Source: Massalongia carnosa
Taxonomy: Eukaryota
Assembly: GCA_965645245.1 (NCBI GenBank)
Contig: OZ287076.1
Coordinates: 496,001 to 560,000, forward strand
Length of the DNA: 64,000 nucleotides
Reading direction: 5' to 3'
The notes under the pieces were generated by a model that was not told the origin of the DNA, did not search any database, and saw only the letters and a program-made list of their open reading frames with translations. The translations under genes were made by a program, and so were the position numbers. Every line of letters starts with the position of its first letter. Position 1 is the stretch's first letter. Of the stretch, positions 37,224 through 50,670 are shown one piece after another.

Positions 37224-39036
37224 GATGCAAGCTAATTTCTCCCTATTACTCCCAACACCTCCAGAAGGGCGAATCTTGACTATTTCTGCGAGACCTGTGG
37301 AGGGTACTTCATGCAATTAACTCTCTGAACGAATATTGCATTGAGAGCTGATATTGATTGCCTGTACGCCATCAAGCTTGGTTTATTATATCATGGCTAT
37401 GATAGCTCAATCATTGCAAACTGAATTCGATAGTGCTGAACATGAAGATCATCTTTAACAATTCCATGGGTTCAAGTTGCTAAAACCAAACTAGTTATCT
37501 TTACTTACGCCCTACGTATATATTTCCCGAAACATTACACTATAAATCTCTACCAGTTAAGTCAGGCGTTGGTAATCATTATAACCCTTTTTACCAGAAG
37601 GAACAATCACTCATCAACTGCATAAACTGCTTTCACTTGAGTAATAGATATCTAGGTATTACCGTAATGGCTACATAAAACCCTCTTGCTTCAGCACTTG
37701 CTATCTCAGCTTCAACAGTAGCTCCAGCATCAACTATCGGCTAACTGGGATGTAAAATCATCAAGTAGCAATCGAGAAGGCTCAACGAGATTGCAAGTTG
37801 ATCCTTCTGTTACAGGGCCCTGACATAAAACTGGAAAAAGTCAGTGAGATTAACTACCACTCAAAGTGCTTGAGCCGAACGAGAAATCCGACCGATAATA
37901 GTCTATGGGTGGTACGTGTGATACGGAAGTTGTCTTTCGGATTACTGATGAAAGAAATCCAAAGCGAAGAAAAGGAACAACGATATTATTATCTTATCTC
38001 GTTATCTTGTAGCACTGCGGCCAGACGACATCTGAACCTTTCTCGTTCCACCATTCATTCAAGCACCACAATCCCGCTTCCATTCAATCCGAATGTTAGC
38101 TCTCGCCCCTTGCAAGAACATCGTCCACCGCACCCATCATCGGGCCCCATTCATAATCGATACCATGTAATGATACATTAAGGGAGAATGGATTGGAAAG
38201 AGAAGGATAATTGTGGCCGATCGAGATGCTATTTGAAAGGAATTAAGGGGTAGGTGTATATATATGAAGAATATGACATAAAACACACCGTTGCAATACA
38301 GTTTAAAAAGATAATAATATACTACTGCGCTAAAACGAATACAAAGATGAAAATATAATGTGTGCCGCGTTTTAACATGTTTTGGTACGCCCTCAGCGCC
38401 TATGACTGGGCCACACTCGAAGCTTATTCTATTCGTTCGTTTTCTTCGCCTATTCTCAAATCTAATGTTAAACCACCGCCATGAAGGACAAAGATGCAGT
38501 TTTAGCGGTGAAAGAACGAGAAAATTATGTATGTTGGATTCCAAGTTGCCTGCAAGATACCCAATGAAGAGGGAAAATGTAGCAATACAGCAGAGGAGGG
38601 GAGAGAATACGTGATCGCTGTAGTGGTTCCAGACATTTTGCCGTATCTGATTGCTGAAGGTATTGGTGGAAACTATCAGCGAAGGTTTGCCATGTGTTTG
38701 ATGAGTGAGTAGTGGAGGGTTTAGGAGGTGTACAAGGCACAGAGATTGCCGTAATAGCTATGGGCAGTCCTGTGGGTGATATTGCAATCGAAGAGGTGAG
38801 ACTTGTAGGCTTCCTGTGGTGATCCCAAAGCCGATCATGAAGCTTCCTATTAGATACGTATTTTGCTGGAGTGACGACAAAAAGATTCGAATGTAGATAG
38901 CAGTGGTTCTGTATCGAATGACGATTCTGGCTGAACATCGTCTATAAGAATCGGTTGATTTCTATGGCGTATAGACTAGCCTGGGGGAAAGGCCTAAAAC
39001 GAGTCCAGAAAGAAAAGGCAAGGAGGAAAATCGTCA

Positions 39037-39414
39037 TTACAAGTCGTATGACGGACGCCATGGGTATAGCCTTGTGGCAAAGTCTCGAACACCAGTAATA
39101 TATATCTTCTGAAAGTCTACTTCGTCATTATCTTTACAGCGAACCTTGAAGGTCTCAAAAGCAAGTTGGGTAATGTCATCATGGTTTTTGTCGCAATTGA
39201 GGTCAAGGAAAACATATCGATAGTTTCTCACAGCACCTGGACGGTGAAGGTTATCCGTTTTTTGGAAATCTAGTTTCCGGGCTAACATTTTTTCGGCGAA
39301 AATTTCCAAGAGCTTATGCAAGTTTTTCTCCGCCTTATCTTCAGAAATTTCGGTCCTGCTGATAGGGTAGCAAATGCAGATTCTCTTCGGTAGGCGGTCC
39401 AAATCATAGTTCAT
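39037..39414 (-). CDS. Hypothetical small orphan protein (125 aa or last exon of a longer gene)
   Basis: ORF with globular-like composition, preceded by an intron-like segment (GTAGTT...GCTAAT...polypyrimidine TAG, about 39434-39512). No recognisable family. Confidence 0.35.
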   Translation of the reverse strand: MNYDLDRLPKRICICYPISRTEISEDKAEKNLHKLLEIFAEKMLARKLDFQKTDNLHRPGAVRNYRYVFLDLNCDKNHDDITQLAFETFKVRCKDNDEVDFQKIYITGVRDFATRLYPWRPSYDL

Positions 39415-42001
39415 TGTGAATGACTCGATATCGCTAGAGAAAAAGAGAGCGAAGAAAGGTCAGTGTCATTAGCTAAACTAACTACATCTAGTTAGCTAAG
39501 GTACTTAACTACCTTTCGGGGAGTCTGGAGGTGTTTGGCCCTGGCACGCCGGACACTTTCCAGGCAAGTGACGGTCTTGTACATCAAGAGAATGACCCAT
39601 CTGAGCTCGAGCAACAGAGCGGGGGATTGCTGCCCTGACGCGCTGTCGCACAATAGTTGATGTCGATTGGGTTTGAATGCCCACACTCGACCCAATGACC
39701 CATTCTATCATCACACATCTGGGCGAGGGTGTCAATGCAAGTATGTGAAGATCAAGTAATTGGGCCTTACTTTTTGTACCTCGCGAGAACTCTTCAGCGT
39801 CTCCCGGAAATTCTCGTGAACGAAACGACTTGGAGGATCTCGATGAAGCTATCGATGAGAACGTTGTGAAGGAGATAGGTTACATATCTATTGTTTACAT
39901 GATAACCTCTTCGGTTTCCCAAAAAGTGATACGTTCAATGATGAATGAGTTCATGCATGATGCACTTTCAAGGCATCGAATTAGAATGGAGCATGCACCT
40001 AAGCATGCGGGTCTTTTTTTCACATGTCAAGGTTATCAAATGTGATAACCAAGAAGTGTGTGATTTCTGAACGAGGTAAAACAAGTTGTAGATAGTTTCC
40101 AGTGCTCTAGTTAATCTGATTTCCCTGGCCAGGGCCAGGGGCTAAAATAGTCCGATCTTTTTCTTTGCATTAGGACGGTGGGACGATGTTTTCTCCACCG
40201 ACAATGCGGAAGAACTGTGTTCCTTAGACGACAAAAGATATTTGTCCTCACGCAACAAGAAGATAAGGAATGAAGTATACTTCAGAAACTAGGTTATTTG
40301 AATGATCCTAGGTTTGTGTATGGGAGATATTCTTGGGGCAGGAGTGAGCATTTTGAGTGTAAACCCGAATTTCGACTCCTCCGTAGAAGTCTCATACAAA
40401 GATAATGCCTTCCAACAAGGATCGAGTCTATGTTGCACTCTACTATCACAAGCGTGAGGGAGTGTAAGTCTGCTTGTGCACTATCTTGAAGAATCGTGAC
40501 TTATCTCTCTTTCTTGGATCAGCTATCACTGAGCTCTCCTCGTATCACCCAAATCTGATTCTGACGCTCTCGAAGGAACGACGAAATGCCATGTTACAAA
40601 CAAGCTCCAAATGCGTGGAGGTGTTCTCCAGTCAACCTGGGAATACGAGAGGACCGTCCTTCCTCCCATTAAGGCACCAAAACTCCTTGTGAAGGTCCTA
40701 ATGAGCAAGATTAAGAAAGCTCGAGGGGAATTCGAGAACTCTGTAGAATCAATTCCACTAGTGCAAGATATAGGACCCAATCTAATGACGATAAATCGCT
40801 CCACCTATCTGATTTACCCTGGCAACAGAACCCAGAATGGACGTGCCGAACTTGGGTGACGAATGCGGTGGCGCAGCTGGTACATGACAAGGTCCTAAGT
40901 AAGATCCTTCAAACAGCGAACACCGCCCATGTCTGAGTTCTTACAGGTGTCAAACCCGTGACCGACTGGCGAGTGATCGAAGCCGAATGCCGAGCGTATG
41001 CCCAAAGAAAGGAGGCGGAAGGCAGGTCCAGAACGTGGACAGAAACCACGCAAACCTATGATCTCATCGCAAAGCGTGAACTTGTCTCATGAATCCGAAT
41101 AGGTAATATGGCGATCGCTCAGGCCTCATTCATACTCCGCCTTTCCGTAACCAGATTATTAAATCTAGAGCCCGATAAAGAGGACACCACGACCTCTACA
41201 GGGGTGGGTGATATGGGCAAAAAAATGAGCCCTTCTCTGAGTCTACTCCGATCTAGACATCCTCAGGTTCAAGCTTCATATTGAAGTACCTATCTAGGTA
41301 TTATCAATCAATCAATCTCCACCTCACAATTCCGGAATATGTATATACCCCAAAACCAATTCTGCCATTCATGGCAGGAAGGAATATTGCGAAACGCAAT
41401 ACCTTAATTATCATCATCATCCCATCGCCTTCCTCCTATTCAATTAACCCCCCCCCTTTTTTTTTGATCCGCTCCGAACAAAAACCCCAAATAAAAACTC
41501 CAGACACAGCCCCAAGCCCAGGCCCAAGCAACAAGAGCCGTACTTAGTACACAGAGCGATCAGTTTGTCTAAACCCCCCTGTACAGATTTCCCGCTAGGA
41601 CATGTTTTCGGCTGCGCGCTGGAGCGGATTTTTTTTTATGTGGGGTGGGGGAAAGGGTTTTGATGGGGGGAATAAACAAATCATAGGTAATGAAGTAAGT
41701 GGGTTTTTGCTGTTGTTCAGGGGGGTTGGGGATTCTGGCTGTGGTTGGGGGGTTTATGGGGGAGGATAGATCTTCTAGGTCCTTGTGGCTGACTCTCCTG
41801 CCTGTCCTAAATTTTTAGACGTCCGGTTGGTGAAGAACTTCATCGTTGGATATAGATATAGAGAAGGTATTTATCTATTTATAAACCAAAGGAGGCCAAT
41901 ACCCAGTTGTACATATACACGTATGCTTACAACAGCGAGAAAAACAACCAGCCGCTATAACCAACCAAAAGGGTAAACAATCATGACTGTCTTGTTCAAC
42001 A

Positions 42002-43953
42002 TCACCATCCAAACCCCTCGCTGTGCCAAAACACCTCGCGGCCCTGTCCCACCCACCGCCCCACCTCTCTGCGCAGCGCAACGCCCATGCTCGCGGGCCC
42101 GCAGACGAGCACGGCCACTCTCCCATTCTCGTCGAGGGTGAAGACCTCGTCGACAACGCGTTTGAGATCTGGCCTTCCCTGACGCCGGTAGCTGGCGGTT
42201 TCTTCCAATGACGCTTCGCTTCCGGGGTCCTCGTCGTCTTGGAGTAAGTGGTTGTGCTCCAGCAACTCGATGGATTCGTCCGCAACTCCAGCTTCTGCGG
42301 TGGTTTGCTGGCGTGAGCCGGAGACATGGACCTCGAACCATGGGGGAAGTGGCGAGATTCCATCAGCCTCTTGCAGGTACTTGATCCCCCACGTCACTTC
42401 CTCCGCTTTGCGAACGCTCCACACGAATCGGACAGAGGATTCCGCAGGAGCACCTTTCCTAGCCTGCTGCAATAGATCCCGGTAGATGGGTAACGTGAAG
42501 GTTGCGCCCACTCCGCCCGCCACGAGAAGTATGCGATCGTATGATTTCAAGAGGTCTGGGAAGTAAGATGCGCCGCCATAGGGACCCTCGAAGAGCAGCT
42601 TTACTTGGGGCTGCTTGTGGGAAGTAGCAACGAGATTGTGCAAGAGCTGCGTTGTTCCGGCCAGAGGACGAATAATGAGGCGCAGATAGTGGTCTTTCGC
42701 GGGAAGGTTCGCGATAGTAAAGGGGTTTAGGCGGAGCTTGTTCAGGGGTGCAGCGGAGGTGGCAGGAAGAGAAAGGTATATGTGCTGGCCCGGCCTGTAT
42801 TTGCGATCCGCAAGTGTGTCTGAACGGAGAGACAGTGATAAAAGGGAGGTGGAAGGAACGTGCGTAAGGACAGCGGATGTATTGGTGGTGGAGATATTAC
42901 GTTGGAGTATGAGGAGAACGTAGATGACGACGGATTCAAGGATGTAAAGGCGTAAATGGGAGACGTGAAAATAAAGTACAGGGAGGAGGCATATGGACAA
43001 AAGGACGTGAAGGGTAAAGAATAGGTGATAAGAATAGTTGCGAATTTTAGACAAGGCTGTCGTGCCAATGGTCAGAAACATGGTGATTGCAAGAAGACCC
43101 AAAATGACGTCGCGATCTCGGATTCGTTTGGAAAGCAGGGAAGATTGGATGTAAAAGTTCAAATACATAGATGCATGGATGGAGAAGAATGCGATGAGAA
43201 TGCGACCGAGAACGCGGTGATAAGGGTTGAGTTCTTCGTGAGATAAACGGGTGAGGTATTGAATTGGGCTCCATGCTTTGGCAGCGAGAAGATAATGCAG
43301 TGGGAGTTGCGAAGAGGCAACAATGCCAAAGCGTTTCGTCAGATGTAGATAGTCTGGTTACAACGTGAGCATACTTTAAGCTGAAGCTTAATCACTTGCC
43401 CCTTCTGCGAGACAAAGGCATAAGTTCAGCTTAGGAGGTAGAACGGATGGTCTGTTAAAAATTCTAAAGGAATAAGGGGACTGGGTGCAGCATTGGAGTG
43501 GTCTCTTCATGAAAGAGAAGCCATTGTGGAATAATATGATGCCTTGAATTGAATATCCATATCAAACGCACCATCTCCAGTATCCTTGATCACCAAGAAC
43601 AGCAGCCAGAGCGTCCAGATGGCTCCAACAAGCCATTCTAGCCTCGTTCCCCAGCCCTGAAACATCTGCTCATCTAGCGCCCATCGAAGCCGGCTCCACG
43701 CGGAAGTTGATGATCCTACAAGCGGCTTTGAGAAATTTGATACCCGCGGGCTTTGATGCTCTTTGCCCTTAAAGCGGTAGCTGCTATTGCGAATCTTGCT
43801 AGCCAGAAATCGGATAGCAGAGAATAGTTGAAAAGAAAACAGCGGAATTATGAGTGCTGAGATCTGAGCGAATTGGCCATAACTATCGAGTAATTGACGC
43901 CGACGTTCTGTCTGGGCATTGTCCAGGTTGACAAAGTGGTATGAAACCCCCAT
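42002..43953 (-). CDS. Ferric reductase-like transmembrane flavocytochrome (FRE8/AIM14-like)
   Basis: DYLHLTKRFGIVASSQLPLHYLL, heme His in YHRVLGR..SIHA and FFTLHV..LYFH, PGQHIYL, NPFTIAN, EGPYG, LVAGGVGATF, VLVCGP, EVFWHSEGFGW. Intron 43354-43571. Confidence 0.92.
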
Positions 43954-45126
43954 TGTGATATTGGTGGATATTGCGCAGTGAGAGATCTCTGATGGCTAGT
44001 GTCACTGTTATGATCTATGCTGGAGAGTGTGATTTATCATCAGCCTTATAAACATATTGCTTGTTAAACAGATGTGAATACAAATCTTCTTGTTGAAGGA
44101 ATATTAAACCTTTGGTGGGTCAGAGAATGCGAGCTAATAAATTACTTTTTATAAACAGGTATTTTATAGTTATTCGAGTCAGGTGACCTGTCAATTAGCT
44201 AACAAGTTAACGTTAATCTACCCTCCGGATACGCCAAGAGACTTGTTACTCTTCCTACCTGCAGAGTATTTGGTATTCGAATCATTTTATCAGCATTAGT
44301 AACAGTTCGAAAGTCAAGAAGCTTTAAAATATCTGATAGGCATAGCGTTTCAGCATTCATGAACTGGCACTCTCGCCTTTTCGAAATTGATATGTACCTA
44401 AGTTAACATCTTGCAGTGTTAAGGGCTCAGTCAGCACCTTGCCACCGTGCCACATACCAATGAGCCAAGGTTAAGTTTACATATGTAATATGTGCGTGTA
44501 ACTGAGAGTTTATTACTGCTTCCATTTTTAAAGAGAGTAGAGCCACTTTAATTAGGCATGGGGAGAAGCGGCAAAGAAACTCAAAAATACAGCAAAAAAG
44601 AGAGCAACGAAAGAACGACGAAATCGAACAAAGCCCGTCTGTGCAATTCACCGCTAACCGCCCAATATTTCTTTTGCATCTCTTGAGCCAATATTGCAGC
44701 TCGTACTCAGGTAGTGCTACTCCCGCAAAGCTATACGTGGAGAAAGAACCTATACAGGTGGCATCTGGTAGGAAGAGAGGAGCCTTGGACATGATCAGTC
44801 TATACAGAGCTTCCATTCACTCAAAGCTATGATTCATCCAGACTACTAATTCACCCACAGCTTCGATTCATTCAGAGCTTCAATTCACTCGACACACATT
44901 TAGATATCTACCCTGACCTGGAGTGAATGATGCATCGGTGCAGTTTCACTTCCATGTGCTCGGTTATAAAAGTATAACATACTGCTTCCTAGCTAGCTAC
45001 ACATATTACACAGCTATCTCCATAAATGAACGACTGTCTTAAAATAATATAGATCTATCTGAAAGACGATATAATTTCTCTTAAGATTCAGAAGCACTTA
45101 ATCCCTAACAAGCCTTAATAGAAGAA

Positions 45127-45865
45127 ATGTCTGGTCAGGTAAAAAGGCGAAAGTTGGCCCACCAAGGCGACCAGAGCAGCCCAAGCAACCAAGGCCGCCA
45201 AGGTAGCCAAGGCAGCCAAGACGGCCAGGCCTACCAGGGCTACCTAAGTGATGAGAGTGACAGGAGTGGCCACGGAGACCAGAAAGACATGCGTGCGATC
45301 ACTCAAATTAGGATGGTAGCTCACCCTGGGGATCCAGAGTGGCTTAATAGTTCGACGAGCGGAAACAACTGGAGCCTTTATCTCCTTATTTCAGACGGCG
45401 AGGGTGGTGGCTCGGTTCGCGTGCGTATGAGGACCACGGGGCCTGGCGAGTCACTTGGGGAACTGAGTTTTAGGTCGGACTTGCCATACACTTTGCCCGA
45501 TTCCGCGATACAATATTGGGATTTTCCCATCATCCGCCCTAGCGTTACTGTTTTCAGCCTGCAGATGGCCATTTTTGAAAACAACCGGCATTATTACCGA
45601 ATGAACAAGAACGGGTTGGGTTGCCGCTATTGGATGTAAGTGATGCAGTTGCATTTCAAGTTCACGAAAACGTTTTATTTACATTTCTAACACTTGAATC
45701 AGTGGATGTGTTATGGCGGACTTTGTCGTGGCGGGTTATATTGAGGGAAATGCTTTGGAGGATGTGTGGCGAGTTTTACAGATGCAGTACTTCAGGTCTT
45801 CCTTTCCCGTATCTTTGGACATGGCTGAAGGCAAATTCTATGTACCAAATGCTTCATCACCATGA
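45127..45865 (+). CDS. Small fungal DUF7770-like protein with QG-repeat N-terminus
   Basis: NNWSLYLL...GSVRVRM...GEL...RHYYRM...GCRYW. Intron 45636-45702 (GTAAGT..CTAAC..CAG) continues in frame to ...EGKFYVPNASSP*. The family is assigned from recalled motifs. Confidence 0.7.
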
Positions 45866-48800
45866 ATATTATGCAGAGGCCACAATTGAGAAAGGTGCAG
45901 CCGTGTATGATTAAAGAAGGTGGATTGTATGAGTAGGGATGAAGTTTTGAATGATCGGATTAGACTAATGTAGATAGATAGATACATGGCATACTTTCAA
46001 AGAATAGTTGGCGGATTCCAGTATCCTTCCCCTACCCCTATAATATCGTTTCCCGACCATTCCGTTAGTGAAGATGGATGTGTACTTCACCTCTCTCATC
46101 CATCATTCAACGATTTCTTTTCTCCGCTCATTCGACAGTCTTCTCTCATTATATTCATATGTTTCTCCTAATAGCTCTCGGACATCATCTAACGATCTCC
46201 ATTTCTCATTCCTTTATTCATTTTTCTTTGGGCTACATATACAAAATCTGCATTTCAATCATTTCTCCCGCCTTCAGCGCAAGCATCAAACCAACCCATA
46301 GTATATAGCACAAGAACCACTTCGACCTTCAGTGCCCAAAATTTAGCACGCAACCTTTGGTAGCACGTACATCAAGCCTATCTACTACTATAGCCGACGT
46401 AAAATTTCTAGCAGTTGCATCATCACTATTAGTTTCACCAACACAACCCTCGTCTCCATCTTCGACTCTTTTCTTTGCCCTTCTCCTTTAGCTTGGAGAC
46501 AGTGCTCAACGGTATGATTATCAAGTTCACTCTTAGACTATTCCTATATATACCGTAGCGCGAATCAATATTTACAGCTTCGCCATCACACTCAGCACCG
46601 TCATTTCCTACAGCAGCACCCTCCTCAAACAACACCGTCATCATCAAGCAAACTTATATCAACCTAATCATTGACTCAATCTAGAGCAGCAACTTTAAGC
46701 AAACCGAGGGAAGTCCTATTATCAGTATGCAAGCCTTCAGCAAAGACAACATCCTCAGACATCCTCAAGACGAAAAACGATGTAAGCAGCGAGAGAGTTT
46801 AATAGCGGCCTTTGTATATCTATCAACACGCTTCCTTATCGCGTCAGAGCTGGCTCTTCCACTGGTGAGTTCAGAACTTTCGGGTAAAGGAAGATATTAC
46901 AAAAGCGTCTTCAAATTGTATTACCTTTTTTCCAGGGATTTATAAAGCATTTGATCCGGCTCTCAGTACCTAGATCCGTGGCGGAAGCCTTGGCTTCACC
47001 GAATGCCCCCTCCGTGAGTTGCACAAGGGATACCCTGTTCCTACGACTTTACTCTTCATAACAATCCGAGGCCTGATCATCGTCAAATGTACGTACAAAA
47101 ACTGACAGCAGCATCGAGGAGATCGAACCTTTCGAACCAAACAGTTGCTGAACAAGAGAGTCTCACGCAGAGGTCATGGTTCATCCACCGAATACCCAGT
47201 GATATGGAAGGAATATGGCCCTGAGTATGACCAGATGGATTAGCATCAAACAGATATATAAAAAAAAAACCAAAAGAGCCCTTCAAGGCCGATAAATAAT
47301 GAGCTGGCTTATATGATCAACAATAAATCCGGTAACCTCCATAAACGTGTCGAATTTTCGGGATAGAAGAATGAATATATCCCTTGAAAAAAAAAACATT
47401 AAAAAGAAATAACTACCAAGTACTCTTGGAACTAATGCAGCGAACTTGGAAAGAGGAAGAGCCGCAATGCCCTTTCACACCCCCTTCAATCCAAAAACAA
47501 AAAACAAAAAACACAATGTCAAGTCCAAGTCCAAGTAGTTACGTACATAACCATAAACATCCATCCCATCCCATCCCACCCACCAAACCCACTCACGCAC
47601 GAGTTGAAGAAAACCTATTTACCTACCTGCCTACCAAACCCGGCGCGCGAAGATCCGAGAAACCACTCTCGCTCGCTTATAACGAATATATACCGAGTAC
47701 TTAAACAGTGATCCCAACGGGTTATGGGGCATGTCGTGTCGTGCGGAATTCTGGGGAAAGTTAATGCGGCGTGAGTATCGACGTCTTTGGAGGAGTTGAG
47801 ATATAAATAATAGGGGCGAGAGGGGTGTTATATGAATAGATGGGTTCTGACCAGGAGAATTCAGCAAGAAGAAGAAGAAAGCGCTTTAATCAACTTGTGA
47901 TCTTTGCTACTAGCGAGTTCGAAGGGAAAATATATTTCTCATTTCTTATAATACTCGACGAACCTATTCTTAAAAAATACCTTGTACGACTCCTCCTCAG
48001 AAATATCATAATCCCATCATCCAAATTCAAGACTACTCGACCGCTGAAACCACATCTCTACCTCTAGCTCCTCATACCTCGTTCCTCTCGTCGGTCGCCA
48101 TCCTCAACCCTGTGCCTTCCGGAGAAAAACGCGAGAGAGGCACAAGGAATTCCCTTATCAACGAATTGAGAAGCAGCAACATCATCATCTTCCAGAGCCC
48201 CCAACCTTCGGAATAGGGGCACATTTCTGCAGGCCGCCTCGGAAGGTTATAGGTGTTGTAGAAGGAGAAAGACATCGATGCGGAGGCTTTCCTCGAGGCA
48301 ACCCTATTCCCCCGAGAAAAGAGCGGTTGATGGATAGATTGCCGTGGAGATTGGAGCTGCTATCAAGGCTTGCGAGGGGAGGATGAATGGTGATGAAGAG
48401 AAGCGGTTATGGATAGGTATTAGGGGTGAGGGTGCGGGAGCGGTCTTTTCGTTATTTAGGTTGTTATTTAAGTCTGCTTTATGTAGTTGAGCTTAGCTTT
48501 GTCTCGCGTAGGGGTTGTGTCCTTGGGAAGACGGTCGACGATTTCTTCTAGCGACTATTTTATCTATCGTTGGATGTCATTCGTTTGTGCATTTACTTGT
48601 TATGACGTGTTCCGTCCTCATCAGCTCGGTTTCGGTATATGTGGAGGTTATGTAAGTTCCCATTATCATCTTCAAGGTCTGGGGAAACCTCAGCATGAGA
48701 AAGATACTTTTCTCGTCCGTTTACCCAGCCGCTCCGAATATCAGGTCGTATGGAATCGATAAAGATCTTTTCTTGCTACTGTCGTCATCATGTTAGTATT

Positions 48801-48951
48801 TCTTGAACGGGTAAAAGTGAAACGAGATTTACCTACCATAGAGACAGTTATCTCCTCGGGCAATACAGAAAAGAACTTGAACCATTCATATATGCATAAC
48901 GATCTTGGAAGCATGCACAATTTAGTTCTCAACAACTTGAGTCTATGCCAG

Positions 48952-50670
48952 CTAGATATTATTATCTGCTCCGTTGTCTGCACCATTGTCTCGGGAGACC
49001 GGCAGCCGATCACCCAGCAGGTTCCAAATCGCCAGATCGCCTTCCCGCGTCCGGGCATAAGCATGTTGCACAATCAACGCTTTCACAGCCACAGGTACGC
49101 CCAGGGGATCTTGCCGCAGTAAATAGCCCGTGTCGGGGAGAGATAGAAAGTAGGCGGCCAGGCCGGCGACCTGCGCCGCGGCGAAGTTGGTGCCCAGCTC
49201 GCGCGCAAACCCGCTTCCGCCGTAGTTGGACGCACAAAGAACGGCCCCTGGGGCGTGGGTTGTGAGGAGGCCTCCGGTCCGGGACCACGGGTAGGCAAGT
49301 CCACGGATGTCGACAGCGCCTACGGCGATGGTCGACTTGTCGCCGGCGAGAAGCGTAGGGTAGGCCTCGATCAGGCCACGCGAGCCTGTGTAGTCTTCGC
49401 CCGCGGCATAGACCAGCACGACCTGATAATCGTCTCGGAGTTCCTCGACTAGTAGGGTGAAAGTGTGCGTTAGTTCATTCGGTTCAATGTCGTACCAGGA
49501 ATATTCGATGAGGAGGACATAGCCTTTGGCTGGCTGCTGGCGCACAACAACCTCGTTGTGAAGATAATTAAGGATCTGCACGAGTCCGTCTATGAGCGAA
49601 TATAGCCGGTCGATGATTTTGATGATTATCAACTCGGTTTTCTTCGCCACTCCGTAGAAGCTGGTAATGAGCGAGGCAAGGCATGTGCCGTGACCATCGA
49701 CGCTGGTTGTTGCCGCACGGCTGGCATCCAAGCCGTAGAAAAATTCTCGAATTGCTTGGCGCTCCGCGGTGAACTCGTGATGAGACACCGCCACGCCGTC
49801 GCACAAGAGAAAGACCACCGTTCCTTCACCGGCTGCTGCGTCGTATGAGTACGCATTCGCAAGCCTTGATTGAGACGCTGGAGTGGAGATGAATTTTAGA
49901 TTCTGGCTTGCGTCTGTGTCCCTTTGGATACTTCTATGCTTTGCAAGGTCTCTTTTCAAAGTTGCTGGTTCTGCCACTGGAGTCTCTCCTTTTTGGGAGA
50001 ACCCGCCTGATTTAATTATAATGCTCGAGACGACGGCCCGGACGCCAGGAGTTCTCAAGGATATTTCTTGGCTTTGCTCCCACGTCAGCGGGGCAACGAA
50101 CAAATATACGTCGCAAAGGTTGGATACGGATTTTCGAACCCTACCAGGGGCCATACTAATCAATTTGTCCCAAATCGCTTGATTCTGAGCCCTCATTACG
50201 CTGGTGGCGACCTGCTTCGCCAACATCTCTGCACAGCTCGAGGTAAGGATAACTTGATCCAGAGCCTTGCCACAATCATCGCCGACTATATTGGGATCAT
50301 CGCACTGTTGAGCGAGGGGAGGTGGCGCTGGGAAAGATGATGCTTGTACCGATGGCGGTGTGTCAGGATTGTATAGAGGTTCGGAAAATGTAGTCTCTGG
50401 GGAAGTTGATGTAGATTCTGTGCCTGTTTCTGGGGGAGCGATCGTTGACAGCTCTGATGGGTTTGGGTCTTGAAAAAGATTTAGGAATGCACTACCTAGA
50501 GCACCCACTGTGGTAACACCTGTCTCTAGAGCGCCTCCCCAGTTAGCATTCCATAACGAGTCCCCATCTTGACGACGGATCAGATATGTTGAGGTGCTGA
50601 GAGGCCCCTTCGCTATATAAAGTAGACAGAGAACAAGGAACAGTTGATTTCTCGACATGACGAAGAACAT
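48952..50670 (-). CDS. Secreted subtilisin-like (S8) protein, predicted catalytically inactive
   Basis: Signal-peptide-like N-terminus, YSYDAAAGEGTVVFLLCDG, GHGTCLAS, YGVAKK, AAGE, IAVGAVD, GTNFAAAQVAGLAAYFLSL. Confidence 0.88.
   Translation of the reverse strand: MFFVMSRNQLFLVLCLLYIAKGPLSTSTYLIRRQDGDSLWNANWGGALETGVTTVGALGSAFLNLFQDPNPSELSTIAPPETGTESTSTSPETTFSEPLYNPDTPPSVQASSFPAPPPLAQQCDDPNIVGDDCGKALDQVILTSSCAEMLAKQVATSVMRAQNQAIWDKLISMAPGRVRKSVSNLCDVYLFVAPLTWEQSQEISLRTPGVRAVVSSIIIKSGGFSQKGETPVAEPATLKRDLAKHRSIQRDTDASQNLKFISTPASQSRLANAYSYDAAAGEGTVVFLLCDGVAVSHHEFTAERQAIREFFYGLDASRAATTSVDGHGTCLASLITSFYGVAKKTELIIIKIIDRLYSLIDGLVQILNYLHNEVVVRQQPAKGYVLLIEYSWYDIEPNELTHTFTLLVEELRDDYQVVLVYAAGEDYTGSRGLIEAYPTLLAGDKSTIAVGAVDIRGLAYPWSRTGGLLTTHAPGAVLCASNYGGSGFARELGTNFAAAQVAGLAAYFLSLPDTGYLLRQDPLGVPVAVKALIVQHAYARTREGDLAIWNLLGDRLPVSRDNGADNGADNNI

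Noticed and set aside
40335..40390. TTCGA-containing tRNA-like segment
   Set aside because: No cloverleaf or A box could be built.
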